A DNA stretch of 64,000 nt from Malacoraja senta (taxonomy: Eukaryota): assembly GCA_038087875.1 (NCBI GenBank), contig CM075990.1, positions 5,148,001 to 5,212,000 of the forward strand, given 5' to 3'. The notes beneath the pieces are model-generated. The model ran no database searches. It worked only from the letters and a program-made list of their open reading frames with translations, and was not told the DNA's origin. Below are positions 1 to 12,232 of the stretch, piece after piece. Made by a program: the position numbers and the translations under genes. The stretch's first letter is position 1. The number at the start of each line of letters is the position of its first letter.

Positions 1-2568
1 AATAGGTGACTTTTCGGGTCGAGATCTTTATTTCACGACCAAAAACGTCACAGATTCCTTATCTCCGGTGATGCTGCCAGACCCGCCGAGTTACTCCAGC
101 ATATTGAGTCTGTCTTTAAACCAGCATCTGCTGTTCCTCCCTACATACTGAACCTCACTGTAGCTCGATACATGTGATAAATAAAGTACCATTCGACCAT
201 TGATCAGTTGCCCCACACACGCCACGCTGCACGGCCGATCAGGTCCATGTAGAGAAGTCTGTGGTGGGAAGTCACACCCACCCAGTGTCCTTCTACAGAC
301 AGTAAAACATGCAGCTACTTATTCCCGTGTGGGGAGGAAAAAACGTGCATGCAACGCATAGTGTGACGGAGACTCTGCCGAATGGGAATTTATTGCAATA
401 TGTAAATCCGTTGTAACTTTGATACCACTCTATGTATTTAAACTGTGGATCTCTCGTGTTGTGTTTTCCGTGCAGTTGGTGACTTGTGAGGCAATTTTCC
501 CCTATTGCAGATATCTGCTTCGCATTAGACCCAAAAAGCTGGGAGTAACCCAGCGGGTCAGGCAGCATCTCTGGAGACAATGAATAGGTGACGTTTCGGG
601 TGGAGACCCTTCTTCAGACAGAAACATCACCTATTTCCTTTTCACCAGAGACGCTGCCTGTCCCCGCTGAGTTACTCCAACACGTTGTGTCTATCTTCGG
701 TTTGAACCAGCATCTGCAGTTGCTATCTACACATTTTGGCCGCTTCGAAGCATTTATAGCTCCTCATCCTATGTACGTGGTTAAGTGGGTTTTGACGAAA
801 TGACCTTAACTGTTATGATAGTTCTTCCATCTTATTTACATTAATTTTATGCACGTAAATATTTCTGCACATAATTTCGATGTGCGCCTTTGTTATGAGC
901 CTTTAACTATATATTCGATCCGTAATCGTTCAAGGTGTTCTTACTCCACGTGTACGCGTTTGCCAATGTATATTGATTTTGCACTCAGTCCCCCTGTATT
1001 TTTCTCTCTCAGGATCAGCGGTCGCCATCTATTGTACATCATTGTTTATGTTCTCGACCGTGGTCGTTGTATAACCAGCCACCGTGTTCCGCCGTATTTG
1101 TTCCCTTTGTATGTTCAATCTGAATGTGTATTTGGACACCAAGTGCTGGAGTAACTCAGCGGGTCCGGCAGCATCTCTGGGCCACATGGAGAGGTGATGT
1201 TTCTGGTCGAGACCCTTCTTCAGGCTCATTCCCAACCCGAAACATCACCTATCCATGTTCGGACCGCGTCGAAACCCTTCTTCAGAAGTCAAAAGAAGGG
1301 TTTCGACCCGAAACGTTGCCTATTTCCTTCGCTCCATAGATGCTGCCTCACCTGCTGAGTTTCTCCAGCATTTTTGTCTACCTTCGATTTTCCAGCATCT
1401 GCAGTTCCTTCTTAAACACCTATCCCATGTTCTCCTGAGATGCCGCCTGACTCGCTAAGTCAACAATGGACCATTGTGAGCTCCACCTTCTTTCGGTCAT
1501 AGGTACCTTTGCGTACCTCTAGTTTCCCTCTCCCCTGACTCAGTCAGAAGAAGGGTCTCGACGCGAAACATCGCCCATTTCCTTCTCTCCAGCATGAGCA
1601 TCTGCAGTTCTTTCCTCCGTTAAATGTCTATATATTATTTATCCAGTGTTTATATGTATATTCAGCGTGCACACGTTTACTTTGTATTTATGCACACTGT
1701 ACATTTCGTTTATCCATTGAGCTTTTATTTATTCGCAGCTGCACATTTATTCCACAGGTTCTTTAATGTATTAATTGTGAGCGCATGTATTCTGCACAGA
1801 TTTCCACCAGCTCAAATTCCACTCGTAGGAGTTCGTGGATGCCTCGTAGCGGCTCGTACGAGTAAAAAGTTACATTTTTTTTCATCACGAGTATTTTTTA
1901 CTCGTGGACATTTTTCACAGTGTTGAAAAAACGTCACGAGTTTACCGGATTTCCCAAGTACCTACCGTTATTCGTACGAGCCGCTACGAGACATCCACGA
2001 ACTCCTACAGACCCGCTACGGACATTCTCCGAGTTCGAATCAGGGGAAAAACTCGGAGAACTCTTGAATTAACCTCGTACAGTGGGACAGGCCCTTAAGC
2101 GCTCAACCAAAAAAACCAAGTCCAAAGCCAAAGTATATGCGGACAAATAACATATTGAAAAAAACGCCGCGACCTAGCTGAGGCCCTCGAGTACGCGGAG
2201 ACCACTTTCGAGCATGAAGGAGAGTTACGAAGACCTCTACGACCTCGTGTCGACCATGCTGTGAGTATGAGTCGAGGGCAAACTCGCCAGAAATTGCGGA
2301 TTAGGTCACCCAAGTGGGACAGCCTGCATATGCAATAATCAGCTACCTACATGGTACCAATCACATGATAGTCACAAAATGCTGGAGTAACTCAACGGGA
2401 CAGGCAGCATCTCTGGATAGAAGGAATGGATGATGTTTCGGGTCCAGACCCTTCTTTAGACTCCTGACCAACCAGTCTGAAGAAGGGTTCAACCCGAAAT
2501 GTCGCCCATTCCTTCTGTTCAGAGATGCTGCCTGTCCCCGCTGAGTTACTCCAGCATTTTGTGCCTAT

Positions 2569-3915
2569 AGAAACATAGAAAAATAGTGCAGGAGTACGCC
2601 ATTCGCCCCTTCAAGTTATCACCGCCATTCAATATGATCATGGCTGAACATCTAAAATCAGTACCCCGTTCCTGCTTTTCCCCCATACCCCTTGATTCCT
2701 TTAGCCCTAAGAGCTAAGTCTAACTCTCTCTTGAAAACATCCAGTGAATTGCCCTCCACTGCCTTCTGCGGCAGAGAATTCTACAGATTCACAACTCACT
2801 GGTGAAGAAATGTTTCCTCATCTCAGTCCTAAATGGCCTACCCCTTATTCTTAAACTGTGACCCCTGGTTCTGGATTGAGCTGTCCAGATAGCTGTCCAG
2901 ATGAGTTGTCGCTTGATGAAGATGAAATGGGACAAAGGACTCCCCCAACATTGGGAATTTTTTTCCTGCGTCTAGCCTGTCCAATGTTTATATTCCTCAC
3001 AAGCTTTCTTACATGCCCCCCCCCCCACCTCTTAATTGACCTCTTTTGCCCTCCTCTGTTGAATTCTAAATTTCTCCAGTCCTCCGGTTTGCTGCTTCCT
3101 CTGGCCCATTTATATGCCTTTTCCTTGGATTTAACACTATCCTTGATTTCCCTCATTAGCCATGGTTGAGCTGCCTTCCCTGTTTTATTTTTTCGCCAGA
3201 CTGGGATGAACAATTTTTGGAGTTCATCCATGCTGACTTAAAATCTTTGGCATTGGTTGCACCTCCGCCATCAACCCTTTAAGTATAATTTGCCAATTCC
3301 GTGTCATACCTTAAAAGTCTCCTTTCTTTAAGTCCAGGACCCTAGTCTCTGAATTAACTGTGTCACTTTCCATCCTAATGCAGAATTCCACCATTTTATG
3401 GTCACTGTTGCCCAAAGGGCTTTGCACAAGAAGACCGCTAACTAATCCTTCCTCATTACACAATCGCCAGTCTAGGGTGGCCTGTTCTCTAGTCGGTTCT
3501 TCTACATATTGGTTTAAAAATACATCCCATATACATTCAGGAAATCCTCCTCCTCAGCGCTGCTACCAATTTGGTTGGCCCAATCTATATGTAGATTAAA
3601 GTCACCCATGATAACCACTGTACCTTTGCTACACGCATCCCTAATTTCCTGCTTGATGCTATCCCAACCTCCTACTACTGCTTGGTGGTCTGTATACAAC
3701 TCAACAAGCGTTTTCTGCCCTTGGCTATTTTGCAGTTCTACCCATACCGATTCTACAGCATCCGAGCTAATGTCTCTCCTTGCCATTGCATTAATCTCCT
3801 CTTTAACAGCAATGCTCTTCCTTTCTGTCTATCCTTCCTGAATATCGAATACCCCTGCATGTTTAGCTCCCAGACTTGATCACCCTGGAGCCATGTCTCC
3901 GTAATTCCAACTATC
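2569..3915 (-). mobile_element. CR1 LINE remnant (endonuclease region joined to the 3' tail, internally deleted)
   Basis: GITETWLQGDQ and IMGDFNLHIDW, matching the element at 36700-37700; tail at 2569. Confidence 0.88.
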
Positions 3916-4309
3916 ATCGGTTTAAACCAGCATCTGCAGTTCCTTCCTACACATGTTAACGAGGACATAATATGTGTACATCTGTACTACCCATTTACTC
4001 ATTTTACCCGGTATATATTTCATTTAATTTCCGGTGTATTTACGAAGTGCGAATTTTGTTTTTTCTCGTGGTGCATTTTGCCAGGAGATTGCGAACAGCT
4101 GATCGTCCCCTTAAATATATTTTAACATTCAACCAGTCGAAAATAAGACCCTATTTATATATAAATTAATTCAATAAAATGCATTAACGTACACAAAGTG
4201 CTGGAGCAACTCAGCAGGTTAGACTGTAATAAAATGCATGATTTGATCCAATAAACTATGTATAGAAATTAAAGCATTAATTTAAATACAAGTAAACGCA
4301 TATTATTTT

Positions 4310-4342
4310 GTCTGAAGAAGGGTCTCGACCCGAAACGTCACC
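4310..4342 (+). ncRNA. Minimal type-I hammerhead ribozyme motif in a Penelope-like pLTR (representative intact copy)
   Basis: gt-CTGAAGA-a-GGGTC tc GACCC-GAAAC-GTC-ac: conserved core, helix II hairpin, vestigial palindromic (ACGT) helix III; predicted cut after 4339. Other intact copies on the minus strand at 4863-4894, 6070-6102, 23019-23051, 23181-23213 and 41083-41115. Confidence 0.75.
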
Positions 4343-4800
4343 CGTTCCTTCTCTCCAGAGATGCTGCCTGCCTCGTTGAGTAACTAGAGCATTTTGTGTG
4401 TCTCTTCGGTTTAAACCAGCATCTGCAGTTTCTTCCTACACATTATTTTTTGACTGAATCTGTTTTAAGACTTGTTTATAAGTCGTTGAAATGTTATGGC
4501 AACATTTCCATCCTCTACTCTCTTCCAACACATCCAATCTGAAGTACAAAGAACTGTAGATGCTGAATTACAGGGGGGAAAAAGACACAAAGTGCTGGAG
4601 TAACTCAGCTGGTCAAGCAGTCTGAAGATGGGTCCCGACCCCAAACGTCATCTGGAGATGCTGCCTAATCCGTGGAGTTCCTCCAGCACTTTTGTCCTAT
4701 TTTCTTGCAACCGATCGGTTCTGAAGTTCGACATTTCTCTGTATGTACCGCCTGCAACACGACACCGGCGAACCGCCACGACCCGCACCAGCTCCTCGGA

Positions 4801-5253
4801 CGTACACAAAAATGCTGGAGAAACTCAGCGGGTGCAGCAGCATCTATGGAGCGAAGGAAATAGGTAACGTTTCGGGCCGAAACCCTTCTTCAGACTGATA
4901 GGGGGTGGGAGAAGAAAGGAAAAAGGAAAAGGAGGAGGAGGAGCCCGAGGGCTGGGGAGGGGAGGAGACAACCAGATGGCTGATGGAGGGGAGGGACAGC
5001 CAGGGCTAGCAGAATTGGGAGAATTCAACGTTCAGGCCACCAGGATGTAGACTGCCCAAGCGGAATATGAGGTGCATTTCCTCCAATTTACGGTGTTGCT
5101 CGCTGTGGCCATGGAGGAGACCCAGGACAGAGAGGTCAGATACGGAATGGAGGGGAGTGAAGTGCTGAGCCACCGGGAGTTCAGGTTGGTTATTGCGACC
5201 GACCGGAGGTGTTCGGCGAAACGATCGCCAAGCCTCCGCTTGGTCTCACCGAC
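4801..5253 (-). mobile_element. Penelope-like element 3' fragment: GIY-YIG endonuclease C-terminus plus pLTR with hammerhead
   Basis: Minus-strand translation (frameshifted) VGETKRRLGDRFAEHLRSV..NNQPELPVAQHF...DLSVLGLLHGHSEQHRKLEEMHLIFRLGSLHPGGLNVEFSQFC*, then a pyrimidine tract and the CTGAAGAAGGGTTTCGGCCCGAAAC repeat. This links the ubiquitous short repeat to Penelope-like elements. Confidence 0.88.
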
Positions 5254-6404
5254 AGCTCCTCGGACAGCGGCTCTTCCTTCTCACCGTTTTCTTCGCTCGG
5301 TTTCCAAATGGAAATTAACCGCCAGATTTCCCTACACAACACTCAATGGATCCGCGAGCAATTACAACGATTATAATTGAGGGAATGTGTTCAGCTTTAT
5401 ATTGAATTTAGATTCTCTCATCTGCTCGTAAAACTGCTCGCGTTGTTTTTAGAAAGATTGGATAATCCGCGGGCGACCGTGGCCCTGATTCACTTTCCTT
5501 GGAGCTTAGGTGCTCGCGAATAAATAGTTCTCTAGCTGTAAGTAAAGTGTTGGCTGGATTCAGCCTGAAGACAATGTGTATAGAATGATTTCAAAAACGT
5601 TTTGAGCTCCCCGCGGTCACGGTGCAACTGAGACACAATTACAAATTCCGGTGATGTTGTATTGAGGCAAACGCCACCAGGAATAGGGACAGTCAGACAC
5701 AAGGAACTGCAGAAGCAGGATTCTTGAGCAAAACACAAAGTGCCGAGGAACTCAGCGGGCCAGGCAGCATCTGCGGTTGGATGGGCAGGGACGTCCGGAT
5801 CAGGACCCTTCAGAATGAAGAAGTCAGAAACGTTTCCCTCCACAGATGCTGCCTGACCCGCTGAGTTCCTCCAGTACTCTCGTTTTTTTCCGCCACACGG
5901 ACTAGTGTTCGGAGTGGCGCTGCGTGTTGTGTGTTGGCTGCACATTGTAGGTGGTTTAGCGAGGATAAGGAAGCACCCGTTGTCCTTGGGAGGGCGACAG
6001 TAATGATTCAAGTGCGAAGATGCTGGAGTAACTCAGCGGGACAGGCAGCATCTCTGGAGAGAAGGAATAGGTGACGTTTCGGGTCGAGACCCTTCTTCAG
6101 ACTGAGAGTCAGGGAAGAGGAAGACACAGAGACAAGGAAGGGCAAGGTGTGAAAACGAGGCATCAAAGAAGATGTGAATCAAGGAAAATGTATTATAGGT
6201 CATTGTTAGCTAGGAGATGGTGACAAGGAAGCATACAGAAATAACATGTAATCAGTGGGAAACTCAGACTGGTAGGAGAACTAGGAAGGAGGAGGAATGG
6301 AGAGAGAGGGAAAGCAAGGGTTACTTGAAGCTTGAGAAGTCCTGACCCACTGAGTTACTCCAGCATTTTGTGTCTATCTTCAATATTCATACTGCTGGGG
6401 TGTA

Positions 6405-7762
6405 TGAGGGAGGGAGAAAACGGGGAATTATAGACCAGTTAGCTTATGTCGGTAGTGGGAAGATGCTTGAGTCGATTATTAAAGATGTTATAGCAGCACA
6501 TTTGGAAAGCAGTGACAGGATCGGTCAAAGTCAGTATGGATTTATGAAGCGGAAATAATGTTTGACTAATCTTCTGGAATTTTTTGAGGATGTAACGTAG
6601 AATGTATAAGGGAGTGCCTTATCAGGTGTATCTGGACTTTCAAAAAGCCTTTGACAAGGTCCCACACAAGAGATTAGTATGCAAAATTAGAGTACATGAT
6701 ATTGGGGGTAGGGTATTGACATCGATAGAGAACTGGTTGGCAGACAGGAAGGAAAGAGTAGGAATTAACAGGTCCTTTAAGAATGGCAGGCAGTGACTAG
6801 TGGGGTGCTGCAAGGCTTGATGCTGGGACCCCAGTTATTTATTAATGATTTAGACGAGTGAATTAAATGTGACATCTCCAAGTTTGCAGATGACACAAAG
6901 CTGGGTGCAGTGATGAAGATGCTATGAGGCTGCAGGGTGAATTGGATAGGTTGAGTGAGTGCGCAGATGCATGGCAGATGCATTATAATGTGGATAAATG
7001 TGAAGTTATCCACTTTGGTGGCAAGAACAGGAAGGCAGGTTATTATCTGAATGGTGTCAGATTAGGAAAAGGGGAGGTGCAACGAGACCTGGGTGTGCTT
7101 GTACATCAGTCACTGAAAGTAAGCATGCAGGTACAACAGGTAGTGAAGAAAGCTAATGGCATGTTGGCCTTCATTGCAAGAGGGTTTGAGTTTAGGAGCA
7201 AGGAGGTCCTACTGCAGTTGTACAGGCCCCTGGTGAGACTGCACCTGGAGTATTGTGTGCAATTTTGGTCTCCTAATTTGAGGAAGGACATTATTGCTAT
7301 TGAGGGAATACAGCGCAGGTTTCCCGGGATGGCGGGACTGACATATGATGAAAGAATGGGTCGACTGGGCTTGTATTCACTGGAATTTAGAAGGATGAGA
7401 GGATATCTAATAGAAACATAGAAAATTCTTAAAGGATTGGACAGGCTGGGTGCAGGAAAAATGTTCCCGATGTTGGGGGAGTCCAGAAACAGGGGTCGCA
7501 GATTAAGAAATGGAGTAGGCCACTTAGGAATGTGATGAGGAAAAATGTCTTCACCCAGAGAGTTGTGAATCTGTGTACTCTGCCACAGAGGCAGTGGCAG
7601 GCAATTCACTGGATGTTTTCAAGAGAAAGTTAGACTTAACTCTTAGGGCTAAATAAATCAATGGATATGGGGAAAAAGCAGGAACGGGGTACTGATTTCA
7701 GATGATCAGCTGGCTCAGGGCCAAATGGCCTACTCCTGCATCTACCTTTCTATGTTTCTATG
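6405..7762 (+). mobile_element. CR1 LINE 3' fragment (decayed RT plus tail)
   Basis: YLDFQKAFDKVPH, FADDTK and LEYCVQFWSP motifs; tail ttctatgtttctatg. Confidence 0.92.
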
Positions 7763-7964
7763 TGTAAGCTGCCCAAGCGAAATATGATTCTCGTGCATTG
7801 TGTTGTACTGGTGTCACATAATGGCTAGCACACGGAAGTGACAATTCGGCCCGTCCTCAGCAACGGTTTCATGCTGACCCACAATCCGCATTGCCAAGGT
7901 CTCACTGCCATCTTGGCTCAGAAAGTATCTGTATCTTTCAATCCTCTCTTGCTCTCCATCCCCT

Positions 7965-8110
7965 CCAGTGCGACTGCCTCCTGCACCCATGCAGAACTCA
8001 TGGACTTTATTAACCACCACCAACTTCCACCCTGCCCTCAAATTCACCTGGACTATCTCAGACACTTCCCACCCCTTTCTTGATCTCACCATCTCCACCA
8101 CAGGAGATCA
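7965..8110 (+). pseudogene. Penelope-like reverse transcriptase fragment
   Basis: ATASCTHAELMDFIN / TTNFHPALKFTWTISDTSHPFLDLTISTTGD (frameshifted), the PLE RT region after the YxDD motif, followed by a pLTR remnant. Confidence 0.75.
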
Positions 8111-8994
8111 GATAGACGAATAAAAGGTCCCAAGAAGGGTTCCGACCTGAAACGTCACCTATTTCTTTTCTCTTGAGATGCTGCCTAACTCCAGCACTTT
8201 GTGATTATGACGTGTGTGTGTGATACTGTTTGAAGATTTTCATTGTACATGTAGCTCACCGTACTTGTGCATAGGACAATAAACACATCAACTTGAACTC
8301 CCAGGATTTATTTTAGGAAAATGCAGTGGGTGGCACTGCTTCCTTGCTTCCTCACAGCACCAGAGACCCAGGTTAGATCCTGACTATGGGTGCTGTCTGT
8401 GCAGAGTTTGCACGTTCTCCCTGTGATCATATGGGTTTTCTCTGGGTGCTCTGATTTCCTCCATCATTCCAAAGACATGCAGGTTTGTAGGTTAATTCAG
8501 GGCCGGCCTTAAGCCGATTGGACCGATTGCTCCCAATTGGGCCCCACGCTTAAGGGGGCCCCGCGTCAGAGTAATCTACTCTCGGCTCAGGTGGATGTAC
8601 CCCGGGTGGAGGGGGGTGAGAGGGGTGGAGAGAGAGTACAGTGGTGGAGGGGGAAGAAAATGGTAGAAGGGGAGGGGGCGTGAGGGGGAATGGAGAAGGG
8701 GTAGAGGTAGAGGGGGAATGGAGAAGGGGGAGAGGGGGAATGGAGAGGGGGGAGAGGGGGAGGTGGGTCGTTCCCTCACGGTCCCGGGGCAGCGCTCCCG
8801 CCCCTCCAGTCGCCGTGCTTCACGCACACAGCCCAGGCTCCACCCCTCTCTACCCCTCTTTCTCTCCCTGGGGAGATGCGGTGAACAATACAGGGAGGGC
8901 CGGGCCGGGCCGGGGGTTGGAGCAACGTTTACAAACCTTCGCCTCAGCTCACACCCGTCCGCCCGGACCCCGGCATCTGCTCCCGCCGCCGGCC

Positions 8995-9262
8995 CTCTCT
9001 CCCTCCCTACTCTCCTTCCCTTCCGTCCCTCCCTTCCCTTCTTCCCTCCCTCTCACTCTTTTCCCTTCTCTCCTTCCCTCCCTCCCTTCTTTCTCTCCTT
9101 TCCTCCCTCCCTTCTTTCTCTACTTCCCTCCCTCCTCTCCTTCCTCCCTTCTCTCCTTCCTCCCTTCTCTCCTTCCTCCCTTCTCTCCCTCCCTCCCTTC
9201 TCTCTTTTCCTCCCACACACACATCACGCACACACAACTAACACACACACACACACACACAT
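8995..9262. repeat. CT-rich low-complexity tract followed by (CA)n
   Basis: Direct observation; it explains the spurious Pro/Ser/Leu-rich ORFs. Confidence 0.95.
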
Positions 9263-9534
9263 AACTAAGTTAGGATGGGGTAGAAGCCCAAAGGGTAGGA
9301 TGGGGCTGAAGCCCAAAATTTAATGCCTGGACTGGTTTTTCGCCAATGGTTATTGGTTTACCAGGATCTAGTTAAATAACTTTTTTTTTCCATTTCACAG
9401 TCACTAAAACAAGTGGTATTGTAACTATGTACTTTTCATAAGTGATCTACACATTTTGTTTGTTACTTGTAGGCTTACATGTAAGCAATTTTATACTTTA
9501 ATGTAGCTTAATGCAACATTTTATACTTTAATGC

Positions 9535-10682
9535 AACACCTGGAAACCGCCAACACTTAAGCCTGCATCCTGTTCATGGACTTCAGTTCGGCATTCAACT
9601 CCATCAACCCGGTCAAACTCTTCCATAAATTAACGGACATGAACATTGACCCCTGCATCTGTCATTGGATCTATAGCTTCCTTTGGAACAGACAACAGAG
9701 GGTGAAGATACATAACACCATATCTCACCCTCTGCACCTCAGTACAGGAGCCCCTCAGGGCTGCGTCTTGTCACCCTGGTTATTCTCACTCTACACAAAT
9801 CAACTCACATCCCAGTATAGTTCAGTCAAAATATATAAATACGCAGATGACACAACCATCATAGGTCTCATCTCTAACAACAACGAAACAGAATACCGCA
9901 CTCAAACAAACAAAGCAGTCACTTGGTGCACAGATAATAACCTCCCACTCAACACATCAAAAACACATGAACTTACCATTGATCTCAGACGTAAGGCACA
10001 ACCCAAGACCCCCCCCCCCCTACTCATCTCTGGTGAACCCATATCCACCACTGACTCATTCAAATTTCTTGGCACTCACATAAGCAATAACCTCAAATGG
10101 AAAATCAATTCAGATCACATTTATAAAAAAGCCAACCAAAGACTTTTCTTTCTCCGTCAGCTCAAGAAGTTCAGTGAGGAAACATCTCCTAATCCGATTT
10201 TACACAGCCATCATCCAAAGCATGCTCACTTCATCAATAACAGTTTGGTACAGCAGTTTAGACACTCACTCCCGTAATAAACTACAGCGCATTGTCAACA
10301 AAGCATCCAAAATCATCAGCACTCCCCTCCCATCAATAGAATCACTCAATCTCAAACGGTCCGTGTCAAGGGTGAAGAAAATCATTTCTGATCCCTCCCA
10401 CCCAGCTCACCACATCTTCCACCTGCTGCCGTCAGGAAGGCGCTACAGCTCACTGCCCGCCAAAACATCACGATTTAAAAACAGTTTCTACCCATATGCA
10501 ATTCGAACTCTGAACACTCTATGACAACACCACATAGCCACCTCGTGCATGTACTGTATACTGTATGTTGTTGTGTTTTATGTTATGTTTGACGGGAATC
10601 AGCCTATTGTGTAACATCCTGTACTGAACATGAATTCCACCAGCGTGACTGTGTGGTCATTAAATAATCTGAATCTGAATCT
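9535..10682 (+). mobile_element. Rex1/Babar-type LINE, 5'-truncated RT fragment
   Basis: MDFSSAFNSI...GAPQGCVLSP...KYADDT...DPSHPAH...LPSGRRY...SFYPYAIRTLN; frameshift at ~10174; (TCTGAA)n tail. Confidence 0.9.
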
Positions 10683-10882
10683 TAGATCTGTTTGGTCCAT
10701 TAACTCGCAGGCACTGTTTAAACGCACATTTTGATTCCATTCCATTCTACCATAGAGATATAAAGTCTATAATAGACTTTATTTATATTTCTACAATTCT
10801 ACAGACCTTGGCTGGGAACCTGGGGCTCACCAAAATTGTTCCCAATTGGGCCCCGCACCTCCTAAGGATGGCCCTGGGTTAA

Positions 10883-11776
10883 CCATATAACAATTACAGC
10901 ACAGAAACAGGCCATCTCGGCCCTTCTAGTCCATGCCGAACACTTACTCTCACCTAGTCCCATCTACCTGCACTCAGACCATAACCCTCCATTCCTTTCC
11001 CGTCCATATACCTATCCAATTTATTTTTAAATGATAAAAACGAACCTGCCTTCACCACTTCCACTGGACGCTCATTCCACACAGCTACCACTCTCTGAGT
11101 AAAGAAGTTCCCCCTCATGTTGCCCCTAAACTTTTGTCCCTTAATTCTCAAATCATGTCCTCTTGTTTGAATCTTCCCTACTCTCAATGGAAAAAGCTTA
11201 TTCACTTCAACTCTGTCTATCCCTCTCATAATTTTAAAGACCTCTATCAAGTCCCCGCTTAACCTTCTGCACTCCAAAGAATAAAGACCTATCTTGTTCA
11301 ACCTTTCTCTGTAACTTAGGTGCTGAAACCCAGGCAACATTCTAGTAAATCTCCTCTGTACTCTCTCTATTTTGTTGACATCTTTCCTATAATTTGACAA
11401 CCAGAATTGTACACCATATTCCAAAATTGGCCTCACCAATGCCTTGTACAATTTTAACATTACATCCCAACTTCTATACTCAATGCTCTGATTTATAAAG
11501 GCCAGCACACCAAAAGGCTATCTACATGAGATTCCACCTTCAGGGAACTATGCACAGTTATTCCTAGATCCCTCTGTTCAACTGCATTCCTCAATTCGCT
11601 ACCATTTACCATGTACGTCCTATTTTGATTTGTCCTACCAAGATGTAGCACCTCATACTTATCAGCATTAAACTCCATCTGCCATCTTTCAGCCCACTCT
11701 TCCAAATGGCCTAAATCTCTCTGTAGACTTTGAAAATCTACTTCATTATCCACACCACCTATCTTAGTATCATCTG
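10883..11776 (-). mobile_element. CR1 LINE 3' fragment, different subfamily
   Basis: ADDTKIGG...LEYGVQFW...FFTQRVVAVWN...GYGLSAGRWD*. Additional short CR1 3' ends near 12970, 13440, 16890, 19650, 20410, 26085, 27265, 48280, 49720, 50580, 56090, 58870, 59160 and 62370. Confidence 0.88.
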
Positions 11777-12093
11777 CGGGTTCATTGGCTTCTGTAAAAT
11801 TGTCCCTAGTGTGTAGGATAGAACTAGTGAATGGGTGATCACAGGTCAGCATGGACTCTGGGGGGGGGGGGGGGGGGGTAACCCTAAGCTTAACTACCTT
11901 TTCCCCAGCAGTTGAAACTCTTAGCCTTGGTATTGCTCCCCACAGTTTTTTACCACTTCAAACCTCTTCTGTTTGACCTTGAATCTTCCACCCTCCTCAC
12001 ATCCTAAACTGGCCCCTTCTGCCTTCTAGGATATAGTTTATTCTCAAACATCTCTTTCCTCCCCAAACTGCTTGACAAGTTGTTTTTCCAGTC

Positions 12094-12232
12094 TTCTTCT
12101 TCTTGCGTGTGGCGTGCACAGCCTAAAGTTGTAGGTCAACTTATTCTATTTGATCCATTTGTTTGTGCACGTCGGATTGATTGCATTAGTCGAAACAGGG
12201 TGGACCACGTGAAGGTTGCGAGCTCCCACCCC
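12094..12232 (-). mobile_element. Short non-autonomous retroelement (Ingi/Vingi-like) with a 5' HDV-like ribozyme
   Basis: TSD TTTTTCCAGTC at 12083-12093 and 12235-12245; (GAA)n tail on the minus strand; the 3' part ends ...GTT GAC CTA CAA CTT TAG (VDLQL*), like Vingi ORF ends as I recall them. Confidence 0.7.
12179..12232 (-). ncRNA. Minimal HDV-like ribozyme (Pr77-like P3/L3), partly mutated
   Basis: Minus strand GGGGTGG ga GCTCGCA ACC TTCACGT GGT CCACCCT g tttcga C TAA TGCAATC. 7-bp P1 with G1.U; P3 ACC/GGT; P2 5 of 7 pairs; P4 reduced to about a UUCG loop; catalytic C at 12189. Confidence 0.7.

Larger units (their letters stand above)
8498..10876. mobile_element. hAT-like non-autonomous element (contains the Rex1 insertion)
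   Basis: Termini CAGGGCCGGCCTTA / TAAGGATGGCCCTG; subterminal cccaattgggcccc; flanks GGTTAATT / GGTTAACC (8-bp TSD, partly disrupted by a CR1 insertion). Confidence 0.75.

Noticed and set aside
8576..9323. 200-aa ORFs rich in G/E/R or P/S/L/F
   Set aside because: They are translations of purine and pyrimidine low-complexity tracts.
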